Assembly: GCA_963807605.1 (NCBI GenBank)
Contig: CAWECG010000003.1
Span: forward strand, 608,001 to 672,000
Source: Candidatus Bathyarchaeota archaeon
GTDB taxonomy: Archaea; Thermoproteota; Bathyarchaeia; 40CM-2-53-6; RBG-13-38-9
Length of the DNA stretch: 64,000 nt
Direction of reading: 5' to 3'
Below, piece after piece: positions 38,755 through 48,817 of the stretch. Every line of letters starts with the position of its first letter. Within the stretch, counting starts at the first letter, position 1. A model generated the notes under the pieces. The model saw only the letters and a list, made by a program, of their open reading frames with translations, made no database searches and was not told where the DNA came from. A program made the position numbers and the translations under genes.

Positions 38755-39060
38755 TTGCGGAAAGTGAAATTCAATGCGCTGATTAATGTCTTCATTCTCA
38801 TCTTCTTCATAGTCTCAGGGACGTCGGGAATTATCGTGTGGACAGTCTTGCCTAGCGGAAGTAATGTGACATTGGGAGGAGGCAAGTTGCCTCAGGAAAA
38901 CCAAGAGCCCCCAGGTCAACAATTCCTTTACTTATCTCGCAATAATTGGATGGATATACACACCTATGTGAGCCTAATGTTCATTGTCCTTGTAGTAGCC
39001 CATGATGTGCTCCATTACAGCTGGTTCAAACGGTTGCCCAAGATATTATCGCGCGCTTAA
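38755..39060 (+). CDS. DUF4405-like membrane protein (possible heme-binding)
   Basis: N......SG....LP...W.DIH.....F..LV..H..LH..W. Confidence 0.75.
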   Translation: MRKVKFNALINVFILIFFIVSGTSGIIVWTVLPSGSNVTLGGGKLPQENQEPPGQQFLYLSRNNWMDIHTYVSLMFIVLVVAHDVLHYSWFKRLPKILSRA

Positions 39061-39595
39061 TCTTATGTTGAGTCTTTGAATTTTTCATTATAAAGTCGAA
39101 GACCGGTAAGTATTGCCTCCTCTGCTTTTCTCGCGTTATCCCCTCCTTTGATCCTCACCCTTTTCTGGGGTCAATATGGGAGTGTCTGGGCTAGTGCAAG
39201 GGCTAATGGGTTAGGGATATGGGGATAGTTGGGTAGAATGATATTGTTCGTACTACTATCCTCCCCTACTTTGTACTACTTTAGTAGTATTCAACATAGG
39301 TAATTGGAATAGTACGTGTCAAGACTACTCAAGTAGTACTATTCCCTGGGCTATCCAATATTATCCGTCTGCACAAATGACATTATCCTTCGTTATCCCA
39401 AGATCTCTGGTACATTGTCCTTTCTTAGGTGACTGTATGGATCGTGGAATTGAGGAAGTTCTACGAGAATTACTGAGCTTGGGAGAAAAGAAGCCCCGAT
39501 TCAGTGATGACTTGAAAAGAGGCCATAGATGGTTAGGGGATATAGATAACTGGCTGTTTGGTGTGGTCACGTGGATACTAGTTTTAGCGCGCGCG

Positions 39596-40476
39596 TGACT
39601 CACTCGATACGTCTCTTAGCCCAGCGGACGACGCCGAAGATCGCCACCACTATGCCAATCAACAGTAGTACACCTATAGCCACTGACCCAATAACAGCGA
39701 CAATAACCGGTACGATGATACCAAACATCCAGAATGGAATTATCACGCCAAGACCAATGCGCCGGAACAACGCGATCCCAAAACCTACGCCAGGTACGAG
39801 AGAATTCGATCCCACCATTATCAAAGGCGCAACGTACAGACCAAACCTGTCTACAACCAAGTCAAGGCCGAATATCAAACCGAGAACAAAATACCAGTCA
39901 AGGCCAGCAAAGTTCCATCCTGCCAAGCCCTTGTGTTCATTATCTGCCCCTGGCGCACCTTGGCCAGCAACTCCGCCCGCAGCCACACCAACAGTAAACG
40001 ACACCCATCCCCTGTCACCAACCTCCCACATGTCAGATGCCCTCCATTGCGGTCATACGGGTACGGCCCCAATGAGATGAGCAATCCTTGAGCAAGGATT
40101 GGCGTAGCTCCGAGGACCGAAAAGGCAACACCCATTGTCGCTTTTTGACAAAGGATTCGAACTCGTCATCTACATTCAATCGCATGTCTGTTGGTGCAAA
40201 TAGGATGGCTTTTGCATCTTGAAGATTGGCGCGAGTCACCTTGAAGGTCTCTCCAATTAAAGCTCCAGCATTTCCTCTGATAAGATCATCCATCCATATT
40301 TCGCCTGTACAATTAAGGCATGCGTGTATATTCGCAGCAGTCAGTCTCTCACCTAGAATTGCTACTGGCTCACCGTCCCCGACGCTCAACTGCATCATCG
40401 ATTTCTTACTAAGGCGAGCGATGCCATGACCGACATCACGTTCTTGAGCATTTCTAACAATAGGTGTTGATTCCAA
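39596..40476 (-). pseudogene. Degenerate CDC48/VAT N-domain gene, apparently continuing into a membrane domain
   Basis: RDVGHGIARL, MDDLIRGNAG, APTDMRLNVDDEF..FVK.R match the CDC48 N-domain; no AAA domain; frameshifts near 40135 and 40030; hydrophobic C-terminal frame 39600-40031. Confidence 0.6.
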
Positions 40477-40766
40477 AATTGAACCCCAAAAAGGAATTCT
40501 CGGCAGATTTCTTTACTGCTCTCCTTGACTAGAGCTATTAAAGGATTTTTCAATTGCGCCATCGATGACCGTAGCACGCGTAGAAGTTATGTCTACTCTT
40601 TCCCATATTCAACGTATGAGTCCTTGTTAACGCCAAGTACTTTCGTTTCTTCCAGTTCATTCGCTTCTTTTAGCGCGCGCTAGCATATGGCTCGAAACCA
40701 ATGCTTTTATTCAGCAACAGAATTAATCGGGAAAATAATCTACACGACTAGGAGTATTCTGTCTCA

Positions 40767-41396
40767 TTGCCCGAAAGTTCTACCGGCTTCAATTCTCGGC
40801 CTCGTGTCGAAACCTTATCTGATATGACATTTGGACTAGCTTTGTCGATAGGCGCGCTTTCTCTGCTCAGCAAACCGCCAAGCAACCCAGGGGAGATAAG
40901 AAGTGACATAGTCGGGTTTGCATTCAGTTTCCTCATCTTGATATTTGTGTGGGTAAGCTACACTCGCGTCATGTCTGTGCTCCCAATCGAAACTAGCATC
41001 ACCTTGTTTCTCAACATCGTGATGCTTTTCCTAGTAATAATTGAACCCTACTTGTTCTATCTGGTAAGCCAATTTGGACGTGCCGGCGAATATCGATTGA
41101 TAGAATATGCTTCCACCTTGTATGCCCTTGATATGGGTGGCCTCATGGCAATTCTAGCCTTCTTTAATTATGAACTCTCCGCAGAAGAAAAGAACCTCGT
41201 TCCGCAAGAAGTGCTTCCCAGACACAAACGCATCAGAAATATCCTCTTTGTGTCGGCGGGTTTGTTCTTCTTGACGGCTCTTCCACAGTTCTGGTCTTGG
41301 CAGATCGATAAAGCTCCATTGAGATTTTATTTCTGGCTCAGCCCGTTGGCAATCGCTTGGATTTCAAGAGGCCTGAGAAGCTTCCGAGATTCTTGA
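40767..41396 (+). CDS. TMEM175-family (DUF1211) potassium channel-like protein
   Basis: RVETLSDMTFGLALSI (RxxxFSD-like), SF.I....W..Y, LN. Confidence 0.8.
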   Translation: MPESSTGFNSRPRVETLSDMTFGLALSIGALSLLSKPPSNPGEIRSDIVGFAFSFLILIFVWVSYTRVMSVLPIETSITLFLNIVMLFLVIIEPYLFYLVSQFGRAGEYRLIEYASTLYALDMGGLMAILAFFNYELSAEEKNLVPQEVLPRHKRIRNILFVSAGLFFLTALPQFWSWQIDKAPLRFYFWLSPLAIAWISRGLRSFRDS

Positions 41397-41545
41397 AACG
41401 GACACAATCCTTACGCACGTACGACACATGAGCTTTTCCCCCAAAAAAAGGTAGGCTGGTTGGTGAACACTGACAACGGTTCAAATCAAGCCACCTCATA
41501 AGACAAGAGAAAAAGCGCGCGCTAATTGAATATCTAGTCAACAGA

Positions 41546-42250
41546 GTGAAAGGCTTGCGTCGCGGAAATATTGTGGATGACCCTACGTTTAGATCTAAGA
41601 CTCAATTATTCAATGACAGGTGTGAGGCTGGAAAGCTTCTGGCCGATATGTTCAAGAAGAGATCACCCAGAGACTCAATCGTACTAGCAATCCCGTCGGG
41701 AGGAGTGCCGGTTGGCTACTGCCTCTCTCGACAGTTGAAATTCCCACTTGACATAATTGTGGTCCGCAAGGTACCGATACCTGATAACCCAGAGGCTGGC
41801 TTCGGTGCGATTGCGCTTGACGGTACGTTAGTCATCAATAAGGGGCTCGTAGAGGAGTTGGGGATCGATAAGCAGACGATCGACACCCTTGCAGGGGCAA
41901 GACTTGCAGAAGTAAGGGAAAGGCTGGAAAAATTTCGGGGCAAGAAAGAACCGACCAAACTCGCTGATAAGAATTTGATTCTTGTAGACGACGGACTGGC
42001 CTCAGGATATACTATGCTTGTAGCAATAAGGTCGGTGAGGAAACAGTTCCCTAGAAGCATAATGGTTGCTATCCCGACAGCCCATGACAAAGCTCTAAAA
42101 CTTCTTTCTTCCGAGGCTGATGAGATCTATTGCTTGAACATAAGATATGGGCCATTCTTTGCTGTTGCAGATGCATACAAGAATTGGTACGATCTTAGTG
42201 ATGAAGAAGTCAATGAGTACCTGTTGAAAGCTTGGAAGGCGCCTCACTAG
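41546..42250 (+). CDS. Phosphoribosyltransferase family protein
   Basis: F.DR.EAG..LA, IP.GGVPV, RK...P..PE.GFGA, VDDGLASG.T. Confidence 0.9.
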   Translation: MKGLRRGNIVDDPTFRSKTQLFNDRCEAGKLLADMFKKRSPRDSIVLAIPSGGVPVGYCLSRQLKFPLDIIVVRKVPIPDNPEAGFGAIALDGTLVINKGLVEELGIDKQTIDTLAGARLAEVRERLEKFRGKKEPTKLADKNLILVDDGLASGYTMLVAIRSVRKQFPRSIMVAIPTAHDKALKLLSSEADEIYCLNIRYGPFFAVADAYKNWYDLSDEEVNEYLLKAWKAPH

Positions 42251-42403
42251 CTATTCATAGTCAAGATGATGCGGAAGCCAAAGCGCGCTAAGTCGCTTTG
42301 AGGATAGAGGAGAAGTTGTTGAGACAAAGGTCATAACTTATGCGGGATCCTCCCTTCCGCACCATAATACTATGAAAGAAGAAATGAGGAGTTCTGAGCG
42401 AGT

Positions 42404-43492
42404 CTACTCCTCGACCCTCATGAAGATTTTTGGTTTCTTTCCATACTCCCAAGACCGGTCAGGGATGAAGTTCTCTTCCTGCTTTGGATAGACTGCGCGG
42501 CCAATGTCCTTATCCTTGGGATAAAGGAATTTTATTCCCCATTGTAGGATGACGGTCTTCATCCCTGGAGCTTTCTTCTTGACTATCCATTCCAGTTCTT
42601 GGGGGTCGCCTTGAACGATCGCCCAGTTGTCGTAGTGCATCGGTATAAGCACCTTGGAGTCTAGGGCCTTGGCGACTCTGTAAGCGTCGTACGCCGTCAT
42701 CTTATCTGTCATGCCTGACGGATTATCGCCGAAGGCTACCATGGAAACGTCGACCTTGTTCTCCCTACCATGCTTGAAGAACATGTTTGAGTAATGTGAG
42801 TCTCCAGCATGGTAGAAGTTTCCTGCGGGTGTCTGTATCAAGTAATTCACACAGGTTTCGTTCATGTCTTTGGGAAGGTCTTTACCCTCGAAGAGCGCTG
42901 TTCTATCTGCTCCCTCAAGTGCCTTCACAGTGATCTCGTTTATCTTGACCTCGTCGCCGGGCTTCATCTCGATGATCCTTGCTTTAGGAACTCCAAATTC
43001 CTCGAATTTCCAGCATGAACGTGGGGGACCGATGAACTTGCAGTCTGTATTCTTTACAAGCGGTTTGATCGTATATATGTCGCAGTGGTCCGCATGAGGA
43101 TGAGTTGATAGCAGCGCATCAAGTTTTTTTATTGCAAAAGGGTCTATAACCTGCGGGTTGAGTCTAAGCCAGACTTGGCTTGTTGACCCGCTCTGCCTCA
43201 ACACCCCGAAGGGAGTATCAGGTTCTCCTAGTTTCCACCTTGATGCAATGGATGGGCCGCAGTAGTTGTCTATCAGAATGTTTGTGTCCTCGGGCGTCTT
43301 GAACCAATAGGCACAAGCACCCAACCACCATAAAGCCACGTTTCCCTTATCAACGACAGTGTCCTCTATCTCTTCATTCAGAAATGTGCCCCACTCGGGA
43401 AAGACCTCTTGAAGCCAGGACAATCTATCTACGGGGCGATCCTTGTAGAGAAGTTCAGCTTTCTTGTCTAGACCTCCAAAACGCTTTGGCAT
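42404..43492 (-). CDS. ulaG: UlaG-like metallo-beta-lactamase (L-ascorbate-6-phosphate lactonase family)
   Basis: FPEWG..LNEEI, WWLG, P.VIDPF, THPHADHCD, YH.GDSHYSN, G.TDKM, P.H.D.W. Confidence 0.82.
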   Translation of the reverse strand: MPKRFGGLDKKAELLYKDRPVDRLSWLQEVFPEWGTFLNEEIEDTVVDKGNVALWWLGACAYWFKTPEDTNILIDNYCGPSIASRWKLGEPDTPFGVLRQSGSTSQVWLRLNPQVIDPFAIKKLDALLSTHPHADHCDIYTIKPLVKNTDCKFIGPPRSCWKFEEFGVPKARIIEMKPGDEVKINEITVKALEGADRTALFEGKDLPKDMNETCVNYLIQTPAGNFYHAGDSHYSNMFFKHGRENKVDVSMVAFGDNPSGMTDKMTAYDAYRVAKALDSKVLIPMHYDNWAIVQGDPQELEWIVKKKAPGMKTVILQWGIKFLYPKDKDIGRAVYPKQEENFIPDRSWEYGKKPKIFMRVEE

Positions 43493-43669
43493 CTTTCATC
43501 AACTGGCAACATCATGCATGAATGGTAGCTTTATTCTTTTGGAGCTGCATCCTACCGATTCATGTAGTTTAGAGGTCACCAGATTCAGCACATGATCTGT
43601 ATTCCAGTTTTGCACCTGAGGCGCTTCAAGATGGTTTGACGAGATGTCAAGGAACGGGCTTTTCAGAGA

Positions 43670-44485
43670 TTAGCGCGTGCCCTTTAGAGCTACAACGGCG
43701 GAAGGTAAAGAAGCCCAGATGAGATCATACAGATGGTTGAAGCCGCTGATTATCTGAGGGTTCTGTGAGATTACCCCAATATCGCTTCCAACCTCGTCAT
43801 CGAGATCATCGGGAACTGCTTCGATGAACATTATATTACTTGAATCCGCGGCGAGTGCTTGGAAGTTCAGTTTCGGCGATGATCTAAATTCTAGAATATT
43901 GGCTATTTCTTTGGCAACGCTGAGATTCTGGGGTGTAACGTGTGTAATCATTCTCACACGTACTCCCTTTGAGACCAGCCGCTCAATTGATTCGGCGTAG
44001 GATCTGTAAAGACGAATCATACCGTTTTCTGAGGCTATAATTGCTGCAGACTCGCTCGATCCTGAGAGCAGTCTCGTGATACCTTCATTGATAGCTGAGC
44101 GACCTTGTAACACTGACAATTCAGTCTTTACTGATATTCCCTTGCTTGAGATGAGTTTCGAAGACTCATAAGCCAGTACAAGGCTTTGAACTTTTTCGAG
44201 GCTGTCCTCAGCGTCCTTAACAGAATTCTCGGCAAGAGGAAAGAGAAATTCGCTAGGAGATGATGCTCCGAATCTTTCCGGTTTATCGTGAAGGATCTTA
44301 ACGAGGCCTTTACGCTCAAGCCCCCGCAATGAACCATAGAGTTTAGTCCGCGGAACGCCGCTGATGAAACTGAGTTCACCAGCAGTCTTAGGACCTCCCC
44401 TTGCCAAATTACCATATATTTTAGCTTCGTACTCGGTGAGCCCAAGCCTCTTAAGAGCTGGAACATAATCGACGTGAGAAGCCAC
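43670..44485 (-). CDS. TrmB-family transcriptional regulator
   Basis: LGLTEYEAK.Y, ELS..SGVPRTK.Y..L..L..KGLV; PLD-like effector domain. Confidence 0.9.
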   Translation of the reverse strand: MASHVDYVPALKRLGLTEYEAKIYGNLARGGPKTAGELSFISGVPRTKLYGSLRGLERKGLVKILHDKPERFGASSPSEFLFPLAENSVKDAEDSLEKVQSLVLAYESSKLISSKGISVKTELSVLQGRSAINEGITRLLSGSSESAAIIASENGMIRLYRSYAESIERLVSKGVRVRMITHVTPQNLSVAKEIANILEFRSSPKLNFQALAADSSNIMFIEAVPDDLDDEVGSDIGVISQNPQIISGFNHLYDLIWASLPSAVVALKGTR

Positions 44486-44621
44486 CTTAACTTTCCCTCC
44501 GTATCTGAAGATTTCTTTACCTTGGCTGACTATTACTGTCTTGTCATGGGAGTGGGGAAAAAGTTACCTCTGGATGAGAGTTTTAAATAACTAGCCGGCC
44601 ACATTCGGTTAGGGTGCTGAG

Positions 44622-45371
44622 ATGTTGTCTGAGCGTGCGGTCACTGGGATAACCGGATTGGACAAGATGTTGGAGGGAGGTATTCCAAGAGGCAGAATCA
44701 TAATGATAGTTGGGGGTCCAGGAACCGGAAAGACCATCTTGAGCACACAGTTCCTAGTGAATGGAATAATCAACTACGATGAGCCCGGGATCTTCGTCTC
44801 TCTAGAGGAGACCAAGGCACATATTTATCAGGCTATGCGAAGGTTCAAGTGGGATCTCAGTCAACTCGAAAAAAAAGGCAATTTCTCTTTCGTCGATGCC
44901 TCGCCTATCCGTCGCTCCCCTGCCGAGGTGAAAATCGGCAAATACACAGTGGGAAAGAGGGATTTCTCAATGCTGGGCCTCATAAATACAATCGAGCAGT
45001 TGGCTGAGACGACGGGCGCAAAAAGGATAGTCGTCGACCCATTAGCATCACTTATTTATCAATATCCAAACCTATACGAGAGACGAACGGCATTCTTAGA
45101 CTTGATAGAGAGTCTGACAGCTACTGGGGCCGCCTGCCTGACAACTATGGAATCGCATCATCTTGGAGGAATCGAGAGAGAGGTTCTCGAAGAAGAGTAC
45201 CTTGCTCACGGTGTAATAGTTTTGCAGCGAGTGCAGATAGGCAAGTCTTTGATTCGTGTCCTCCAAATTAGGAAGATGAGGATGACCGCTGCTGACGATC
45301 AGCCCAGACCATACAAGATAGATGAGACAGGAATAAACGTATACGCGGAAGAACGTCTATTCGATCAATGA
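44622..45371 (+). CDS. KaiC/RAD55-like ATPase (single domain)
   Basis: TGI.GLD.ML.GG, GGPGTGKT, SLEE, RIVVD, I.KMR. Confidence 0.9.
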   Translation: MLSERAVTGITGLDKMLEGGIPRGRIIMIVGGPGTGKTILSTQFLVNGIINYDEPGIFVSLEETKAHIYQAMRRFKWDLSQLEKKGNFSFVDASPIRRSPAEVKIGKYTVGKRDFSMLGLINTIEQLAETTGAKRIVVDPLASLIYQYPNLYERRTAFLDLIESLTATGAACLTTMESHHLGGIEREVLEEEYLAHGVIVLQRVQIGKSLIRVLQIRKMRMTAADDQPRPYKIDETGINVYAEERLFDQ

Positions 45372-45449
45372 CTCAATAGGCCTTTCAAATAGATCTGAAT
45401 CGACTCTTGCCAACGACGCTAATTGTCTGTTGGCGATTAGTAAGATTCC

Positions 45450-45834
45450 ATGCTGGGGCCTGACTTGGCCTCCATACCACTAAACGAAGTCCTGGACGTT
45501 ACAGCCTTCCTTATCTCGATGGCTCTCTTAAGCTACTCAGCGTACAGCGACCTAAAGACCAGAAGTCTCAGACTGGGTTTGGATTGTTTTTCTCCCAGCT
45601 GCATCAGTGCTTCTAGGGCTCAGGCTATTTCTGGATTCAGATCTCTTGACAACATCAGTTATCTCGATTCTTGTCACGTCAACTCTCTCTTTTTTATGCT
45701 TCGTCTGGACATGTTTGGCGGAGTTGACGCCAAAGCCTTCATTTGTCTGTGTAGCTTTGCCAAGGCATCCCTTGCCTTTGATTCCTCAGCTGGCTTATGT
45801 ACTCGCTAGGGCGGTCGCACGGAGACCTAAATGA
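45450..45834 (+). pseudogene. Prepilin/prearchaellin peptidase (A24, FlaK/PibD-like), frameshifted remnant
   Basis: YS.YSDLKTR in one frame, EVSDWVW...LLGLRLF in the next, FGGVDAKAFICL in the first; C-terminal domain missing. Confidence 0.75.
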
Positions 45835-46031
45835 CTAACACTCCAGTTTTTCATAGCCCTTATAGAGGAATCAAAGGTCACAAAAACACGTAGAGTTCTC
45901 CGGGATTCTGACCACAGATCCAGCGGAAGATCGTTTTATACTCACGATAATCATGGAGTGCGGTTAAGTCATTTATATTGTCTGAGGCATACAATCTAGG
46001 TTTCAAATCAAATGTCAGGAGATTATTTAGG

Positions 46032-46412
46032 ATGCCTAGAAAAAAGATAAAGTCGAGAAGGAAAGCCACCAAACCCAAGAAGCTCGATGGGCTGGCAGCG
46101 CTCTCTCAGCATATAAAGAATGTTGAGTCAAGCCTTCAAGAAGCCCTAAAGCAACTTCGTGAAAAAACCGGGCAGTTTCTGGACCGGGTGGAGTTCGAGT
46201 CAATAATCAGCGAAATGCAATCAAGAATTCTGGAATCAATACCTAAAATGGAAGCCGAAATGAAAAGCTTTGAGACAAAGCTTGCAAGGGCAGTTCAGAA
46301 ACCCGAGCTTGAGACGCGACTGGCAGGAATAGAACAGCGGCTGGTCAGCCTGACAGCGGAGATCGAAGCTCTGAAGGGAAGGATCAAGGATTTGGAGGTT
46401 CCGGAAGTTTAA
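46032..46412 (+). CDS. Coiled-coil hypothetical protein with basic N-terminus
   Basis: Heptad pattern throughout; MPRKKIKSRRK start. Confidence 0.6.
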   Translation: MPRKKIKSRRKATKPKKLDGLAALSQHIKNVESSLQEALKQLREKTGQFLDRVEFESIISEMQSRILESIPKMEAEMKSFETKLARAVQKPELETRLAGIEQRLVSLTAEIEALKGRIKDLEVPEV

Positions 46413-46575
46413 GAGAGAACAGATACCAACGACTTTGTTCACCACTTACGTGGTGAAGTATTCATAGCGCGCGTTTCTTTAGAAAACGCGGGTGTGTTCA
46501 TACCTATAACCTCCTTTCGTAAAGTCGAATGCGAGTGCGCCCATCACTATTGTGATTTCACAATCCTTCAGTTGT

Positions 46576-47358
46576 CTATGCTGAATTCGCGTTAGTTTGA
46601 TTCCCGCCACATGTGGGACAATACTGCCACCCTTGGGAAAGGCGTGAGCCACAATGGATACAAAATCTGACCTGCCTGTGTTCGTGAGGTGATATCTCGT
46701 CCACTATTTTGATCTCTTTTTTGACTCTACGGTACAGCAGGAGGATGAACAGGACTGCCAACGCCAGACTCAAGACGCCTAAGCCTAATGAGACTATGAG
46801 ATCATAGATTGTGTGAAGGAGAATTGGAACAGCAAGGGCAAGAATCTTCAGCTTGGCCTTTGAATCGAACTTAGAGCGGCCAAGATAGAACCCCATTGTT
46901 GCTCCAAAGAAAGCGTGTCCAGGAACGCTCAGCGAAGCTCTAAACAAAGCAACAAGCCATCCGCCTTTCAACACGTAGAGTGTGTTCTCGACGGATGCAA
47001 ACCCCATGGAGGCAGTTGTGGCGTAGACTATTCCGTCCATGGGCTCATTGAAATCTCTCGAGTGGTAGGCATGGAGAGTCGCCAGTAGTTTGCAGGATTC
47101 CTCAACAGCAGCTATCACAATGAGGTTATGGAGAATTAAACCTACTATGTCTGAGAAGGGATTCGTGGGTTCGGGTAAGACATTGGAAAGGATCAGCTCA
47201 AGTATCACTGCTGGAACTATAGATAGTGCTCCCAGAACAAACGTGACGAGCAACATCCTTAGGGGCTCTCTCTCGTACCGGTCCCTTTTTGCGATAATCC
47301 ACAAAAGAACCAGGCAGGGAACGACTGCGGCCACAAAGAGCTCAAGCAAAGAAGTCAT
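46576..47358 (-). CDS. PrsW-family intramembrane glutamic protease with C-terminal zinc ribbon
   Basis: D.YEREP, VEE..K, GFA.VEN, PGH, LH..YD; C..CG...YCP.CG. Confidence 0.9.
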   Translation of the reverse strand: MTSLLELFVAAVVPCLVLLWIIAKRDRYEREPLRMLLVTFVLGALSIVPAVILELILSNVLPEPTNPFSDIVGLILHNLIVIAAVEESCKLLATLHAYHSRDFNEPMDGIVYATTASMGFASVENTLYVLKGGWLVALFRASLSVPGHAFFGATMGFYLGRSKFDSKAKLKILALAVPILLHTIYDLIVSLGLGVLSLALAVLFILLLYRRVKKEIKIVDEISPHEHRQVRFCIHCGSRLSQGWQYCPTCGGNQTNANSA

Positions 47359-47590
47359 GTAATCTTCAGGATCCTAAAGACTCATTTTACAGGAGTCCGT
47401 CTTTCATTCTTAAGATCAGCTCTGTCTCCGAATTTCTCTGGTAATAATAGATATGAAGCCAAATTATCTAATCCATATACTACTTACAAGAAGGTGCTTA
47501 ACTGAATTGCGAATCGTGTGAGACGAGATATGTTCTTAACGAGTTCTACTCAACATATTTCTATTTATTGAAGGGTCTGAGGAAGATGCC

Positions 47591-48505
47591 TTGTGTAGTT
47601 TGATCATTATGGGGTCCGGTCCGGCTGGCCTGACAGCAGCCGTCTACGCGGCTCGAGGCGCTATCCAGACCAGGGTGGTGGAAGGTACTAGTCCGGGCGG
47701 ACAGTTGATGTTAACCACCGATGTGGAGAATTACCCCGGTTTCCCTGCGCCGTTGAAGGGCCCTGACCTAATGGCTTTGATGAGAAGGCAGGTTGAGCGA
47801 TTTGAGGTAGAGTTCATATCGGGTGACGCAACTCGTGTCGACTTCGCGTCAGGATCACTGAAAGTCGAGGTAAACGGGATTACTTACGAGGCTGACTCCG
47901 TAATCGTGGCAACAGGCGCCACATCTAGATGGCTTGGGCTTGAGTCAGAACAGAGGTTGAGAGGAAAAGGAGTCTCCTCCTGTGCAACATGCGACGGCTA
48001 CTTCTTCAAGAACAAGGATGTTGTGGTCGTTGGTGGGGGTGACACTGCGTTAGAGGAGGCTATCTTCCTATCAAACATAGTGAGGAAGGTCACAGTCATC
48101 CACAGAAGGGATGAGTTGAGATGTGCGAAGATAATTCAGGAGACAGCCTTCAAGAATGATCGAATGGGCTTTCTATGGAACAGTGTAGTTGAGGAGATTC
48201 TGGGAAGCGCGAGAGTTCAAGGTGTTAGGGTCAAGGATCTCCGGACAGACCGAATTTACGATTACAAATGTGATGGAGTCTTCATAGCGATAGGACACAT
48301 TCCTAATACGGGGATCTTCAGAGGACAACTTGAACTCGATGAAGCAGGTTATGTAAAAACACAAAAAGGAACCGAAACCAGTCAAAAGGGAGTCTTCGCG
48401 GCAGGAGACGTTGTCGATAGAATCTACAGGCAGGCAGTCACAGCGGCTGGGTCTGGATGCCAAGCTGCACTAGATGCGATACGATACCTAAAGTCGGGGA
48501 CATAA
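47591..48505 (+). CDS. trxB: Thioredoxin-disulfide reductase
   Basis: GSGPAG, GGQL..TTDVENYPGF, CATCDG, GGGD.A.EEA, HRRD, AAGD, YRQA. Confidence 0.95.
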   Translation: MCSLIIMGSGPAGLTAAVYAARGAIQTRVVEGTSPGGQLMLTTDVENYPGFPAPLKGPDLMALMRRQVERFEVEFISGDATRVDFASGSLKVEVNGITYEADSVIVATGATSRWLGLESEQRLRGKGVSSCATCDGYFFKNKDVVVVGGGDTALEEAIFLSNIVRKVTVIHRRDELRCAKIIQETAFKNDRMGFLWNSVVEEILGSARVQGVRVKDLRTDRIYDYKCDGVFIAIGHIPNTGIFRGQLELDEAGYVKTQKGTETSQKGVFAAGDVVDRIYRQAVTAAGSGCQAALDAIRYLKSGT

Positions 48506-48533
48506 CCCTTTGCTATCGCTAGATTACGATGGG

Positions 48534-48710
48534 TCAATAAGGCCAGAAGGATCTAGGTGTGAAAGTGGCCACACCTATCTCTTGAGCATACCACGGCGAT
48601 CTCCAATAAAGTTGTGGTGGCAGAGATGAAATTACCGGGAACGGGAACATTGGCCAGAAGCACGAATACCAGAAGGGGGGATAGTTTGGGCGCGGAGCAT
48701 CCCAGTACAT
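48534..48710 (-). CDS. Small Pro/Trp/Tyr/Phe-rich low-complexity protein
   Basis: MYWDAPRPNYPPFWY...SFWPY; GGTGA Shine-Dalgarno 5 nt before ATG at 48710. Confidence 0.6.
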   Translation of the reverse strand: MYWDAPRPNYPPFWYSCFWPMFPFPVISSLPPQLYWRSPWYAQEIGVATFTPRSFWPY

Positions 48711-48817
48711 TAATCTCACCGATAGCTTCTGTAGTCCAACTTATATGTAAATTAATCTGTTACTTTTGGTAGCTATTTGCGCGAGCGCATTGCTAATTCG
48801 TTGATGGAGGTGAAAGC

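Noticed and set aside
39571-40080. Thr/Pro/Ile-rich 169-aa ORF on the plus strand
   Set aside because: Composition is that expected antisense to the Gly/Val-rich membrane frame.
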